Source of the DNA: Trueperaceae bacterium
Lineage (GTDB): Bacteria > Deinococcota > Deinococci > Deinococcales > Trueperaceae
NCBI GenBank assembly: GCA_034520945.1
Contig: JAXHNB010000005.1
Span: forward strand, 32,001-96,000
Direction: 5' to 3'
DNA length: 64,000 bases
Shown here: positions 31,636-45,444 of the stretch, in pieces
Layout: each line of letters starts with the position of its first letter
Numbering within the stretch: the stretch's first letter is position 1
Made by a program: the position numbers and the translations under genes
The notes under the pieces: generated by a model
Seen by the model: only the letters and a program-made list of their open reading frames with translations
The model's database searches: none
What the model was told of the DNA's origin: nothing

Positions 31636-33516
31636 GTGACCTACGTGCTCGGCCTGGTGGTCATGCTGGTGGGGCTGGCGGGCGTGATCGCCTGGGCGGG
31701 CGACCGGCTGGGGACGTGGGCGGGGCGCCACCGCCTGTCGATCCTGGGGGCGCGCCCACGGCGGACCGGACAGCTGATCGGCATCCTGGCGGGGATCGTG
31801 ATCATGTTGACCACGCTCGGGGTGTTGGCGTTTGCGTTTCAGAACGCCACGCAGACGTTGTTGAACGCCCAACGTACGGCGCAGGAGCTCACGCGTTTGC
31901 AAGCCCAGGAGCGTCGGCTGCAGGATCAGGTCGGCCAGCTGGAGTCGGACCTGGACGAGCTGACGGAGCAGTTGGCGGAAGCCCGCGACACGATCCGGGC
32001 GGCGGAAGAGGCGCGTGACGACGCCTTGGCCGAGCGAGACGCGGCAGCGGCCGAGCGTGACCGGATCCAAGCCGAGGGGGAGGAGCTGCGCGACGAGGTG
32101 GCGTCCCTGCAAGACGAACTGGCGACGATCCAAGACGAGCTGCAGGCGGCGCAGGAGGAGCTAACCACCGTGCGCGAAGACCTGCAGGCGGCCCGTGACG
32201 AGCGTGATGCGGCCAGGCAGGACGCGCAGGACGCCCGTAACGACGTGCAGGCGGCCGAAGCCGAAGCCCAGACCCTGCAGGATCGTGTCACCGAGGTTCA
32301 GGCCGAGCTGGACGCGTCGAACGAGCGATTGGACGCCATTCAGGACGAGTTGACGGTGGCCGAGAGCCGGGTCGAGGAGGCCCAGGCCAACCTCCAGGCG
32401 GCCCAGGAGGCCCGGGACGCGGCGCTGATGGAACGGGATGCGGCGCTGACCGCGCGCGACGAGGCTTTGGACGCTCGCGACGCCGCCCGCGCCGCGGAGG
32501 CCGAGGCCCTGCAAGCGCGCGACGCCGCCATCGCCGAGCGGGACGCGGCGCTGGGCGAACGCGACGAGGCGCTGGCCGAGCGGGACGCGGCCGAGTCGGC
32601 GGCGTTGGCTGCGCGCGAGACCATCGCGCAGCTGCAGGACGCGATCACGGTCCTGGAGGAGGAGGGGAACCTACTCGAACGCGAGACCGCCGAACTGCGG
32701 GAGCAGAACGAATCCCTCACGGCGCAGAACCAGTCGCTGGAGCAGGCCAACGCCGAGTTGGCCAGCCGCAACGAGGGCCTGGAGACGCTCAACGAGAACC
32801 TCGAGACGCGCATCCGCGAGGCCAGCGACCGCGCCACCGAACTCCAGGAGCAGGTGTCCAGCCTCACGCTGCGCCTGGAGGAACAGTCGCGCCGCCTGGC
32901 CGAGATGCAACGCGAGTTCGACCGCGCCGCGCGTGGCGACGTGACGTTCGAAACGGGCGAACTGATCTACAGCAGCTCCATCGACGCCGACACCGCGAGC
33001 GAAGCGCGCGAAGCGCTGTCCCGCTTCGTACGCGAGGCCAGCGCCCTCACCGCACGCCGGGGCGCGGGCGAGGTGGTGCTCCGCTCCGACCAGGTCGAGA
33101 TCCTGGTGGACGCCATCACGCAGACGCCCGGCTCGGACCTGGTCCGCTTCCTCTCGCCCCGCAATCAGTTCAGCCCCGTCGAGGTCGAAGTCACCATCGA
33201 AGCGTTCGAGAACGACCTCGTCGTGGTGGCGGGCCGGTTGCTGGTGAGCCGGCACGTCCACCTGGGCAGCGACGAACTCCCCATCAGCCAGTCGGAGCTC
33301 CGCTCGGCGCTGTCGAGCCTGAAGGGCGAAGCGCTGGTGGCCCTGCGGCGCGCCGGCCTCGACGAGTTCCAGCTGCCCCGCTATCCGACCCTCAGCGAAG
33401 AGGTGTTCGCCAGCCTGCTGTTGCGCCGCACGGGCCCCGCCAGCATCGGAGTGATGGTCCTAGGCGACGTGTACCGCAGCGGACCGGCGGACCTGGAATT
33501 GGTGGTGCTCGATTGA
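31636..33516 (+). CDS. DUF3084-like membrane-anchored long coiled-coil protein
   Basis: N-terminal IAWAGDRLG..AGR.RLSILG.RPRRT, followed by a long heptad region; directly downstream of lptB. Confidence 0.8.
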   Translation: MTYVLGLVVMLVGLAGVIAWAGDRLGTWAGRHRLSILGARPRRTGQLIGILAGIVIMLTTLGVLAFAFQNATQTLLNAQRTAQELTRLQAQERRLQDQVGQLESDLDELTEQLAEARDTIRAAEEARDDALAERDAAAAERDRIQAEGEELRDEVASLQDELATIQDELQAAQEELTTVREDLQAARDERDAARQDAQDARNDVQAAEAEAQTLQDRVTEVQAELDASNERLDAIQDELTVAESRVEEAQANLQAAQEARDAALMERDAALTARDEALDARDAARAAEAEALQARDAAIAERDAALGERDEALAERDAAESAALAARETIAQLQDAITVLEEEGNLLERETAELREQNESLTAQNQSLEQANAELASRNEGLETLNENLETRIREASDRATELQEQVSSLTLRLEEQSRRLAEMQREFDRAARGDVTFETGELIYSSSIDADTASEAREALSRFVREASALTARRGAGEVVLRSDQVEILVDAITQTPGSDLVRFLSPRNQFSPVEVEVTIEAFENDLVVVAGRLLVSRHVHLGSDELPISQSELRSALSSLKGEALVALRRAGLDEFQLPRYPTLSEEVFASLLLRRTGPASIGVMVLGDVYRSGPADLELVVLD

Positions 33517-33592
33517 GGCGCGTGTGCACGAGGCGGGTGCGCGCGTCGGCCGACCGCGTCGCGCACGCCGAGCGGCGTCGTATGGTCGCATC

Positions 33593-34009
33593 GTGACCCC
33601 GACCTCCGAGCCGACCCGGACCATCCTCGTCGCCGACGACCAGGAAGGACAGCGCGTCCTGATCGACATGCTGCTGTCGCTCGAGGGGTACCGACTGGTC
33701 GCCGTCGAGGACGGCCGAGAGGCCCTCGCTTGGCTGAAGGAGAACACCCCCGACCTGGTGGTGCTGGACGTGAACATGCCCTACGTGGACGGCATCGACG
33801 TGTGCCGCCGCATGAAGGGGGTGTCGCGCCTGGCCGAGGTGCCCGTCGTGGTCCTGACCGCCATGCGGGACGAGGGGACCGAGCAGGCCGTGCGGGCGGC
33901 CGGCGCCGACGTGATGGTGCGGAAGCCGCTGGAGGGCAAGGACTTCCGGAAGCAGGTGAGCCGGCTGTTGTCGCGTCGCGAAGACGGCGACGACGCGGAC
34001 GGAGCGTAG
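33593..34009 (+). CDS. Single-domain response regulator (CheY-like)
   Basis: Motifs ILVADD, LDVNMP..DG, VLTA and KP. Confidence 0.9.
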   Translation: MTPTSEPTRTILVADDQEGQRVLIDMLLSLEGYRLVAVEDGREALAWLKENTPDLVVLDVNMPYVDGIDVCRRMKGVSRLAEVPVVVLTAMRDEGTEQAVRAAGADVMVRKPLEGKDFRKQVSRLLSRREDGDDADGA

Positions 34010-34246
34010 CGGCCCCCTGCCCGACGCGAAACGGGGCGGGACGCCCTGCGGCGACGTGATCCGGCCAACGCTCGCCGATCCGGCCGGCGTCCTAGCCTTG
34101 AACACTGCGAGGGTGGTCCGGGCCGTTGGGCCGACGCCCACGACGGCGCGCACGCGATCCTCGGCGCACGAACACCACGACGAAGCTACGGTTTCGACCC
34201 GGACGGTCACGTCGGTGCACCGCCCGGACGAACGAGGAGGTGCTTC

Positions 34247-34660
34247 ATGAGCGCGATGCAACCCCCGGAAGCCCGCCAACTGCAGAAGGAACCCGACGCC
34301 CGCGGGGCCTCCATGGGCGACGCGGCGCTGGAGGGCGTGCGCGGATTCGGCACCCTCCAGGTCGTCCGCGACCGGCAGGGTCGCCGCGTCGCGATGGAAG
34401 GGACATGGCGGCCCGCCGATCCAGACGCCAACGTGGCGCCCCTGGTGACCGCGGCCGGCGCGGACCGCACGATGCGCTACGAGGGGCCGGTCGACGATCC
34501 TCGCGCCTCGGGCCGCCCCGACACCGCCGTCGACGTGCGCATCACCTCGCACGCCGACTACCCCTTCACCGAGGCGCCCGACGGGGAGCACGCGCCGGGC
34601 GGCACGCGACACGTGTTCAACTTCCAGCCCGACGACACGGAACAGCTTCCGGTCGACTGA
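34247..34660 (+). CDS. Hypothetical protein
   Basis: GAGGAGG RBS and host-like codon usage. Confidence 0.65.
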   Translation: MSAMQPPEARQLQKEPDARGASMGDAALEGVRGFGTLQVVRDRQGRRVAMEGTWRPADPDANVAPLVTAAGADRTMRYEGPVDDPRASGRPDTAVDVRITSHADYPFTEAPDGEHAPGGTRHVFNFQPDDTEQLPVD

Positions 34661-34730
34661 GACGAGCTGCGCCGCGCGTGCCCCGCCCGCCCCCACCGGC
34701 GGGCACGGCACGCGGTCCGTCCCAGCGGCC

Positions 34731-35543
34731 CTACGCCTCCCGGGTCCAGTTGCGCCGCTGACGACGCGCCTCGAACAGCATCAGCGCGCCGGTCACCGAC
34801 ACGTTCAGGCTGTCGGCCGCGCCCGTCATCGGGACGCCCACCCGGGCGTCCGCCGCGCCTGCCCACGCCGGGTCGAGCCCCTCGTGCTCCGGCCCCAGCA
34901 CGATCGCCACCGCACCGCGCAGATCGGCGTCCCAGTAGGGCGTAGCGGCGGTGGGTACCGTGGCCAGCACGCGTAGGCCGCGGCGGCGAAGCCAGGCCCG
35001 CGCGGCTTCGGGGGGAAGGTCCAGCACGGGACACGCGAACACGCTGCCCATGCTGGCGCGCACCACGCCGGGGTTCCACGGGTCGGTGCCGCCGCCGCTC
35101 ACCACCATGGCGTCGGCGCCGGCGGCGTCGGCCGAGCGCAGCAGCGCCCCCAGGTTGCCGGGCTTCTCGAGGCCGGCCGCGACCACCACCAACGCATCAA
35201 AGGGCAGAAGCAGGTCCGGCGACGCCACCGGTGGGCGGATCAGGCACGCCACCCCGTCCGGCCCCTGGCGTTGGCTCAGGCGCGCGAAGGCGGCCAATGA
35301 TACCTCCGTGACCGGGACGCCCGCGGCATGAAGTCGGCCGGGAAGGGCCGTGCCCTCCCCCCGCAGCAGGGCGGTGCACACGAACGCCTCGCGGACCTCG
35401 ACGCCGGCGCCCAGGGCCCGCCCGGTCTCGCGCGCGCCCTCCACCAGCGTCACGCCGCTCCGTGTGCGTTCGCGGCGCGACCGCAGCCGCACCAACGCCT
35501 TGATGCGGGGGTTCTTCGGGCTCTCGATGGCGTCGGGCGGCAC
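34731..35543 (-). CDS. TrmH/SpoU family RNA methyltransferase
   Basis: Motifs I.SPKNPRIK, EKPGNLGALLRSADAAG, GPEHEGL and SLNVSV. Confidence 0.93.
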   Translation of the reverse strand: MPPDAIESPKNPRIKALVRLRSRRERTRSGVTLVEGARETGRALGAGVEVREAFVCTALLRGEGTALPGRLHAAGVPVTEVSLAAFARLSQRQGPDGVACLIRPPVASPDLLLPFDALVVVAAGLEKPGNLGALLRSADAAGADAMVVSGGGTDPWNPGVVRASMGSVFACPVLDLPPEAARAWLRRRGLRVLATVPTAATPYWDADLRGAVAIVLGPEHEGLDPAWAGAADARVGVPMTGAADSLNVSVTGALMLFEARRQRRNWTREA

Positions 35544-35604
35544 CCGCGTATGCTACCCGCGGCGCCCCGACCGAGCCGCGCGCGAGGGACGCTACAGTAG
35601 GGCC

Positions 35605-36450
35605 ATGTCCAACCTGATCGACGTCGCCGCGCTCGAGGGACGACTGGGAGACGACGGTCTCCGCGTCCTGGACGTGCGCTTCGACCTGGCCGACCCGGCG
35701 GCCGGCCGGGCCGCCTACGACGCCGGACACCTCCCCGGCGCGATCTACCTGCACCTGGACGACGACCTGTCCGGCCGTACGGCGCCGGACGGTCGGGGCG
35801 GCCGCCACCCGCTGCCCGACCCGCAGGCGTTGGCGGCGCGCCTCGGGGCGCTGGGCGTCGGCGCGGCGCACGAGGTGGTGGCGTACGACGACGGTGGGGG
35901 CGCCATCGCGGCGCGGGCGTGGTGGCTGCTGCGTTGGATCGGACACCCACGGGTGCGCGTGCTGGACGGTGGGTTCGCGGCATGGCGGGCCGCTGGCGGC
36001 GCGGTGGACGCCGCCGCGCCGAGCTACCCGCCGGCGACGCTGGAGGCGCGCCCCGACCCGGCGATGGTGGTCGACGCCGACTGGGTACGGGCCCATCTCG
36101 GCGAGGCGGGCACCACGCTGGTCGACGCGCGGGCACCGGAGCGCTACCGCGGCACGCACGAACCGATCGATCCCGTCGCCGGGCACGTCCCAGGGGCCGT
36201 CAACCTTCCCTACGCCGACAACCTGGTCGGCGGCCGCTTCGCGGCGGCCGAGGCGCTGCGCAGGCGCTTCGCGCCCGTCGCCGCGGCGGACACGGTGGTG
36301 GTGTACTGCGGATCGGGCGTGACCGCCGCGCACGACGCCTTGGCGATGGAGGAGGCGGGCCTGGGCCTGCCGCGCCTCTACGCCGGCTCGTGGAGCGACT
36401 GGTGCAGCCGCGACGACGTCCCCGTGGCGCGGGCCGACGAACCGGCCTGA
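35605..36450 (+). CDS. Sulfurtransferase (tandem rhodanese, SseA-like)
   Basis: Motifs GHLPGA, GRHPLP, DARAPERYRG, YCGSGVTA and LYAGSWSDW. Confidence 0.93.
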   Translation: MSNLIDVAALEGRLGDDGLRVLDVRFDLADPAAGRAAYDAGHLPGAIYLHLDDDLSGRTAPDGRGGRHPLPDPQALAARLGALGVGAAHEVVAYDDGGGAIAARAWWLLRWIGHPRVRVLDGGFAAWRAAGGAVDAAAPSYPPATLEARPDPAMVVDADWVRAHLGEAGTTLVDARAPERYRGTHEPIDPVAGHVPGAVNLPYADNLVGGRFAAAEALRRRFAPVAAADTVVVYCGSGVTAAHDALAMEEAGLGLPRLYAGSWSDWCSRDDVPVARADEPA

Positions 36451-36527
36451 GGGACGCGCGCTGCAGGGTCTGCACACGGACCTCACCCGCACGTCTTGTA
36501 CGCTCGGGGCATGCGAAGGGACCTGCC

Positions 36528-37211
36528 GTGAACGACCCGGAACCGCCGCGTCTGCCCGGCCTCGGCTGGTTGCGCGAACCCATCAACGCCCTCACGCACG
36601 GCGTGGGCGTGATCCTGGGCCTGGTGGGCCTGGTGGCGTTGATCGTGCTGGCGGACGGCGAGCCGTGGCGCCTGGCCAGCAGCGTCGTCTACGGTGTCAG
36701 CCTGGTGGTGCTGTTCCTGGCCAGCACGCTGTTGCACGCCGTCCGCGCCTCGCCCGGCGTGCTGCGGTTGCTGCGGCTGTTCGACCATGCCGCCATCTTC
36801 GTGCTGATCGCTGGCAGCTACACGCCGATCACGCTCGTCACCCTGCAGGAGCAGAACCCGACGTTGGCGTGGACCCTGTTCGCCGTCGCGTGGGGGTTCG
36901 CGCTGTTGGGGGTGGCGTTCAAGCTGGTCTGGATCGGCGCGCCACGCTGGGTGTCTACGGGTCTGTACCTCGCCATGGGGTGGCTGGCGGTGGTGGCCAT
37001 CGGCCCGCTGGTGTCCGCCATGCCGGCGCCCGGCCTGGCGTGGCTGATCGCGGGCGGGGTGGCCTACACGGTGGGCGCGGTGGTGTACGCACGCAAGCGG
37101 CCCGATCCGATCCCGCAGGTGTTCGGGTATCACGAACTGTGGCACCTGTTCGTCCTGGCCGGCAGCGCCTGTCACTACGTGCTGATCGCCCGCTACGTGG
37201 TGGCGGCGTGA
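36528..37211 (+). CDS. Hemolysin III (PAQR/TrhA) family membrane protein
   Basis: Motifs EPINALTHG, DHAAIFVLIAGSYTP and HELWHLFVLAGS..HY. Confidence 0.92.
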   Translation: MNDPEPPRLPGLGWLREPINALTHGVGVILGLVGLVALIVLADGEPWRLASSVVYGVSLVVLFLASTLLHAVRASPGVLRLLRLFDHAAIFVLIAGSYTPITLVTLQEQNPTLAWTLFAVAWGFALLGVAFKLVWIGAPRWVSTGLYLAMGWLAVVAIGPLVSAMPAPGLAWLIAGGVAYTVGAVVYARKRPDPIPQVFGYHELWHLFVLAGSACHYVLIARYVVAA

Positions 37212-37819
37212 GCGAGGCGGGCCCCGCGCAGACAGGCATCGCGCGGTGCCCGTGGGCCGAGGGCGACGCCCTGATGGCCGCCTACCACGACAGCGAGTGG
37301 GGTGTGCCCCTGTACGACCCGCGCCGCACCTTCGAGTTCCTGGTGCTCGAGACCTTCCAGGCCGGCCTGTCCTGGCGGGTCGTCCTGCACAAGCGGGAGG
37401 CGTTCCGAGATGCGTTCGCCGACTTCGATCCCGAGCGGGTCGCCGCCTTCGGGCCCGACGAGGTGACGCGGATGATGGGCGACGCCTCGCTGATCCGCAA
37501 CCGCGCCAAGCTCGAGGCCGCCATCGCCAACGCCCGAGCGTTCGTGGCGATGGAAGAAGGCCCGAGGTTCGTTCCACACGCTTGGTCGTTCGTGGGTGGC
37601 GCACCGATCGTGCACCGCTTCGAACGGCCCGAGGAGGTGCCGGCCACCACGCCCGAAGCCGAGGCGTGGGCGCGCGACCTGAAGCGCCGCGGGTTTCGGT
37701 TCGTGGGACCGACGGTGGCGTATGCCCACATGCAGGCGACCGGCATGGTCAACGACCATCTCGTCACGTGCCCGCGCCACGCCGAGGTGGCGGCGATGGC
37801 GGCGGGGGTGCCGACGTGA
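37208..37819 (+). CDS. tag: DNA-3-methyladenine glycosylase I
   Basis: Motifs RCPW, YHD.EWG.P, LE.FQAGLSW, IRNRAK and FVGPT..YA.MQA.GMVNDH...C. Confidence 0.95.
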   Translation: MSEAGPAQTGIARCPWAEGDALMAAYHDSEWGVPLYDPRRTFEFLVLETFQAGLSWRVVLHKREAFRDAFADFDPERVAAFGPDEVTRMMGDASLIRNRAKLEAAIANARAFVAMEEGPRFVPHAWSFVGGAPIVHRFERPEEVPATTPEAEAWARDLKRRGFRFVGPTVAYAHMQATGMVNDHLVTCPRHAEVAAMAAGVPT

Positions 37820-38073
37820 AGGACGAGGCGCGCCGTACCTACCGGGGGTTCTCGACCTTCTTCCTGGCGACCGGGGCGGTGTTCCTGGGGTTGAGCATGC
37901 TTCGGTTCACGCCCATTTCGTCGGGTTTGCGGGGCGATCCGCTGTGGGTGGCGCTGCTGCTGATCGGCATCGGGGGCCTGCTGCGGTGGACGGTGCGCAG
38001 GCGCCCCCATGAGGACGCCGAGCCCGAAGCGACGCCCGACGACGCGAACGGCGGCCAAGACAAGGAGCGCTGA
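37816..38073 (+). CDS. Small hypothetical membrane protein
   Basis: GTGA overlap with the tag stop; two hydrophobic segments. Confidence 0.6.
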   Translation: MKDEARRTYRGFSTFFLATGAVFLGLSMLRFTPISSGLRGDPLWVALLLIGIGGLLRWTVRRRPHEDAEPEATPDDANGGQDKER

Positions 38074-38104
38074 CGCGCCGGCGCGCACGGGTATCCTGTC
38101 GCGC

Positions 38105-38845
38105 ATGCGGGTGTCGGTCGAGCTCATCCCCCGAAGCGTCGAGGCGATGAACGCGCAGTTGGACGAGGTCCAGGCGTTCGCCCGCGTCGACACCATCAAC
38201 GTGCCCGACATCCTGCGCTTCGAGCTGCGCGCCTGGGATGCCTGCGGCCTGGCGCGCGGGCGAGGGTACCGGGCGGTGCCGCACCTGCGCGCCATCGACG
38301 TCGACCCCGGTGCGCCGCTTCCGTTCGCGGAAAGCCTGGACACGCACGGCCTCGACGAGGTCCTGGTGATCGCCGGGGACGCGCCACCCGACATGTCGAA
38401 GCAGGTGTTCGAGACCAGCAGCGAGGCGCTGATCCGGCGCCTCAAGCGGGAACGGCCGCACCTGCGTGTCTACGCGGCGTTGGACCCGTATCGCCAAGGC
38501 TTCATCGCCGAGCGCGACTACCTGCTGCGCAAGCTCGACGCCGGCGCCGACGGGCTGTTCACGCAGCCGTTCTTCGACCTTCGCCTGTTGGAGGTGTGGG
38601 GCGACCTGTTGGCCCCCTTGGGCGTCCCCGTGTTCTGGGGGGCGACCAGCGTGACGACGACGAAGTCGGCCCGCTACTGGACCACGCGCAACCGCGCGGT
38701 GCTGCCCGCCTCGTTCGCGCCGACGCTGGCGCACAGCCGCGAGCTGGCGGGCGGCATCCTGTCGTTCGCGGCGGCACGCGACGACAACGTCTACTTCATG
38801 CCGATCCGCGCGTCGAGCCGCGCCTACCTGGAGGGGATCCTGTGA
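38105..38845 (+). CDS. Methylenetetrahydrofolate reductase family protein
   Basis: Motifs SVELIP, INVPD, PHLRA.D, LVIAGD and KL.AGA.G.FTQPFFD. Confidence 0.8.
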   Translation: MRVSVELIPRSVEAMNAQLDEVQAFARVDTINVPDILRFELRAWDACGLARGRGYRAVPHLRAIDVDPGAPLPFAESLDTHGLDEVLVIAGDAPPDMSKQVFETSSEALIRRLKRERPHLRVYAALDPYRQGFIAERDYLLRKLDAGADGLFTQPFFDLRLLEVWGDLLAPLGVPVFWGATSVTTTKSARYWTTRNRAVLPASFAPTLAHSRELAGGILSFAAARDDNVYFMPIRASSRAYLEGIL

Positions 38846-38869
38846 TCACAGGCGCGGCGGGACGCCCGG

Positions 38870-39625
38870 CTACGCCTCGGCGTCGCCGGCGTCCGCGTAC
38901 GGTTTGCGCAGCTTGACCGGTTCACGGCGCGCCCGGATGCGCAGGTTGATGGTCTCGACGAACACGCTGAAGCCCATCGCGAAGTAGATGTAGCCCTTGG
39001 GGATGTGCTGCCCCAGGCCGTCGGCGACCAGCGTCATGCCGATCAGCAACAGGAACGACAGCGCCAGGATCTTGACGGTGGGGTGCCCCTCCACGAAGGT
39101 GCTGATCGGGCCCGCCGTGAACAGCATCACGCTCACCGCCGCCATGACGGCGATGATCATCACCGGCAGGTGGTCGGTCATGCCCACGGCGGTGATCACC
39201 GAGTCCAGGCTGAACACGGCGTCCAGCAACAGGATCTGAACGATCACGCCCATGAACGTGGCGCCGGCGCGCGCGTCTCCGTGGCCCTCCTCGCCCTCCA
39301 GCTTGTCGTGGATCTCGAAGGTGGCCTTGGCCAGCAGGAACAGGCCGCCCATGATCAGGATCAGGCTGCGGCCGCTGAAGTCCTGGCCCAGCAGCGAGAA
39401 CCACGGCTCGGTCAACTGCACGATCCAGGCGATGGAGAACAGCAGCGCGATGCGCATGCCCATCGCCAGCAGCAGGCCGATCGTGCGCGCGCGGGCCTGC
39501 TGGTGCTCGGGCAGCTTCCCGCTGAGGATCGAGATGAACACGATGTTGTCGATGCCGAGCACCAGCTCCAGCGCCGTGAGGGCGGCCAGCGCGATCCAGG
39601 CGTCGGGTGAGGCCATCCATTCCAT
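38870..39625 (-). CDS. TerC family membrane protein
   Basis: Motifs LELVLGIDNIVFI, GGLFLLAKAT.EI, D.VFSLDSVITAVG and PKGYIYFAM.FS. Start at 39625 or 39637. Confidence 0.93.
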   Translation of the reverse strand: MEWMASPDAWIALAALTALELVLGIDNIVFISILSGKLPEHQQARARTIGLLLAMGMRIALLFSIAWIVQLTEPWFSLLGQDFSGRSLILIMGGLFLLAKATFEIHDKLEGEEGHGDARAGATFMGVIVQILLLDAVFSLDSVITAVGMTDHLPVMIIAVMAAVSVMLFTAGPISTFVEGHPTVKILALSFLLLIGMTLVADGLGQHIPKGYIYFAMGFSVFVETINLRIRARREPVKLRKPYADAGDAEA

Positions 39626-39792
39626 GCCCGCGGTCATACCACGACGCGGCGTGACCTCGACGACCGTTCATGCCGGTGTCGCCGCGCACACGTACCCATG
39701 TGTTGCAGGGTGTATATTCCGTATTCGGTGCTCGTGCCGCGAGCGCCCCGACACCCCAACGATTCCGGCCGTACGGCCGGTGGAGGACACCC

Positions 39793-39993
39793 ATGATCGA
39801 CTACGACCGCATCATGCTTCAAACCCGCCACAATGAGCTCGAGGCCATGGCCGAACGTCACCGCGCCTGGCGCGAAGCCCGCCGCGAACTGGGCGCTCAG
39901 CGCACCCGCGCCCCGGGCCGGCTGCTGGATGGCCTGCGAGGCCTGCGTTCGAACCTGCGTCGCCGCGTGAAGAGGCACCACGCCCCGGCCTGA
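39793..39993 (+). CDS. Small hypothetical protein
   Basis: GGAGGA RBS before the ATG; 66 aa. Confidence 0.5.
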   Translation: MIDYDRIMLQTRHNELEAMAERHRAWREARRELGAQRTRAPGRLLDGLRGLRSNLRRRVKRHHAPA

Positions 39994-40009
39994 ACCCCCG
40001 CAACGCGGT

Positions 40010-40693
40010 TCACGAGGCGGAGGGATCCTCCGTCTCGTGCGTTGTCTCGTGCATTCCGCGGCGCCCCGCGCCGTCGCCCGTCCGGCCGGCATCGCCGGCG
40101 CGGACGCGCTGGTAGGCGTCCCGGACCTCCGCGAACAGTTCGCGGCCCAACGGCGTGGACAGGCGGGCGTCGGCCGAGGCGAAGAACTCGTCCAGGCGGC
40201 CCTCCGGCGCCGGCGGGCCCCCGTCCGCGTCCGGCTGGTAGCGCCCCTCGCGCTCGTACGCCAACGCCTGCAAGCACATGTCCAGCAGGTTCATGTCCCG
40301 CACGAACAGCGCCACGTCGTCGCGGCGCGCTTCGTACGCCCGCCAACGCGCCATCGCGCGGGTGCTGGCCGGACCCGGCCAGCTCGACGTCAGGCGCGTC
40401 ATGGCGCGTTCCTCGCGCCGCGCCTTCTCGTGCGCCGGTACCGGCCGTGCGGCCTCGTCCGCCAGGCTGGGCAGATCGCCGGTCTCGGCCTCGGCCAGAT
40501 CGTGCACCAGGGCGATCTCGATCGCCTCGCCGCGGGGCACGCCCGCTTCGTCGGCGAACGTCAGACACAACAACGCCGTGCCCCAGCTGTGGTCGGCGAC
40601 CGACTCGCCGCCGCGCACGCCACGCAGGACCCACCCCGCGCGGGGTTCGTCCTTGAGGCGGTACGCCTGCAACAAATAGTCCAGCGTGGCCAT
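40010..40693 (-). CDS. HD domain hydrolase (YfbR/HDDC2-like)
   Basis: Motifs LK..PRAGW..RG, ESVADHS and HDLAEA.TGD. Confidence 0.9.
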   Translation of the reverse strand: MATLDYLLQAYRLKDEPRAGWVLRGVRGGESVADHSWGTALLCLTFADEAGVPRGEAIEIALVHDLAEAETGDLPSLADEAARPVPAHEKARREERAMTRLTSSWPGPASTRAMARWRAYEARRDDVALFVRDMNLLDMCLQALAYEREGRYQPDADGGPPAPEGRLDEFFASADARLSTPLGRELFAEVRDAYQRVRAGDAGRTGDGAGRRGMHETTHETEDPSAS

Positions 40694-40730
40694 GGGCGGC
40701 GATGCTAGCAGACGGGCCGGCGGGGCGTCC

Positions 40731-44405
<3,675 letters not shown>

Positions 44406-44487
44406 GGGACCCTCCCTGGGCGCCGGCGCAGGACGTTTCGCGCCGGGAGCCCTCATGGTACCCGCGTCCAAGTGCGCCAGCCGCGCG

Positions 44488-45444
44488 TCAGTCGACGTCG
44501 CGCCGCACGAACGTCACGCTCAGGATCACGCCGAACAGCACCGCGTACCCCGCCATCACGGCGGCGGCGTGGGGCAGCGAGAGGCTCGCCCCGAGCAGTT
44601 GGGCGAGGTCGCCCTGCCCGCCCTCCGCGACCGATTCGCCGAACGTGCGCATCAGATCGCCCACCGGCGTCTTGGCGGGGAGGAGGAGGTTGTCCGTGAA
44701 GAAGTAGCGGGGCAGGTTCTCGAACGTCTCCCGCAGCCGCAACGCCTGGAACGGCGCGTTCAGGCGGGTCAGCGGCTCGAAGCCCACCGTGAGGCGCCAC
44801 ACGCGGTACAAGCCCTCCAGCAGCGCGGGCAGGAAGAAGGTCAGCACGATGCCGAGCGCCACGTTGCGGACCAGGAAGATCAGCAGCGACGCGAACAGCG
44901 TCGCGGCGGTGAGCAGCGCCCACTGCAGCGCGTACAAACCCAGCAGCGAACCCCACGCGCCGGTGAAGTCGGTGGGGAGGAACGCCGTGCCGATCGTGCC
45001 CGCCAGGGCGGCGCACGCCATGGCCCCGGCCAGCATCACGCCCAGCAGCACCTGGATCGCCACGATCTTGCCCCACAGGACCGCCAGCCGGGACGGTTGG
45101 GCCACCAGCGTGGTCTTCCACATGTTCAGGCTGCGCTCCTCGCCGAAAAACACGGCGGCCAGCAGCGCCACCACGATCATGTAGTAGGTGGGGCTGAGGA
45201 ACGCCGGTCCGGTGAGCGCGATTCGGGTCAGCCCGTACGGCGAGGCGAACGCCTGCACGATCGACGCGACGGTGGTGCCGGTCTCGTCCACGAACGAGCC
45301 GGCCAGGTTGGTCTGCACCACCTGCCCCAGCACCAGCGCGAGCACCGGCAGCACGATCCACCACAGGCCGGCCAACACGTAGGTGCGTCGCTTGCGCCGG
45401 GCCTTGAACAGCTCGGCCGCGACGACGCGGAACAGCGCGGTCAC
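44488..45444 (-). CDS. ABC-2 type exporter permease
   Basis: Multiple TM helices with EE...W.T.L..QP.R...GK; overlaps the ATPase gene. Confidence 0.85.
   Translation of the reverse strand: MTALFRVVAAELFKARRKRRTYVLAGLWWIVLPVLALVLGQVVQTNLAGSFVDETGTTVASIVQAFASPYGLTRIALTGPAFLSPTYYMIVVALLAAVFFGEERSLNMWKTTLVAQPSRLAVLWGKIVAIQVLLGVMLAGAMACAALAGTIGTAFLPTDFTGAWGSLLGLYALQWALLTAATLFASLLIFLVRNVALGIVLTFFLPALLEGLYRVWRLTVGFEPLTRLNAPFQALRLRETFENLPRYFFTDNLLLPAKTPVGDLMRTFGESVAEGGQGDLAQLLGASLSLPHAAAVMAGYAVLFGVILSVTFVRRDVD

Noticed and set aside
39626..39790. yybP-ykoY manganese riboswitch upstream of terC
   Set aside because: No recognisable conserved elements, and the start appears to sit close to a -10-like sequence.
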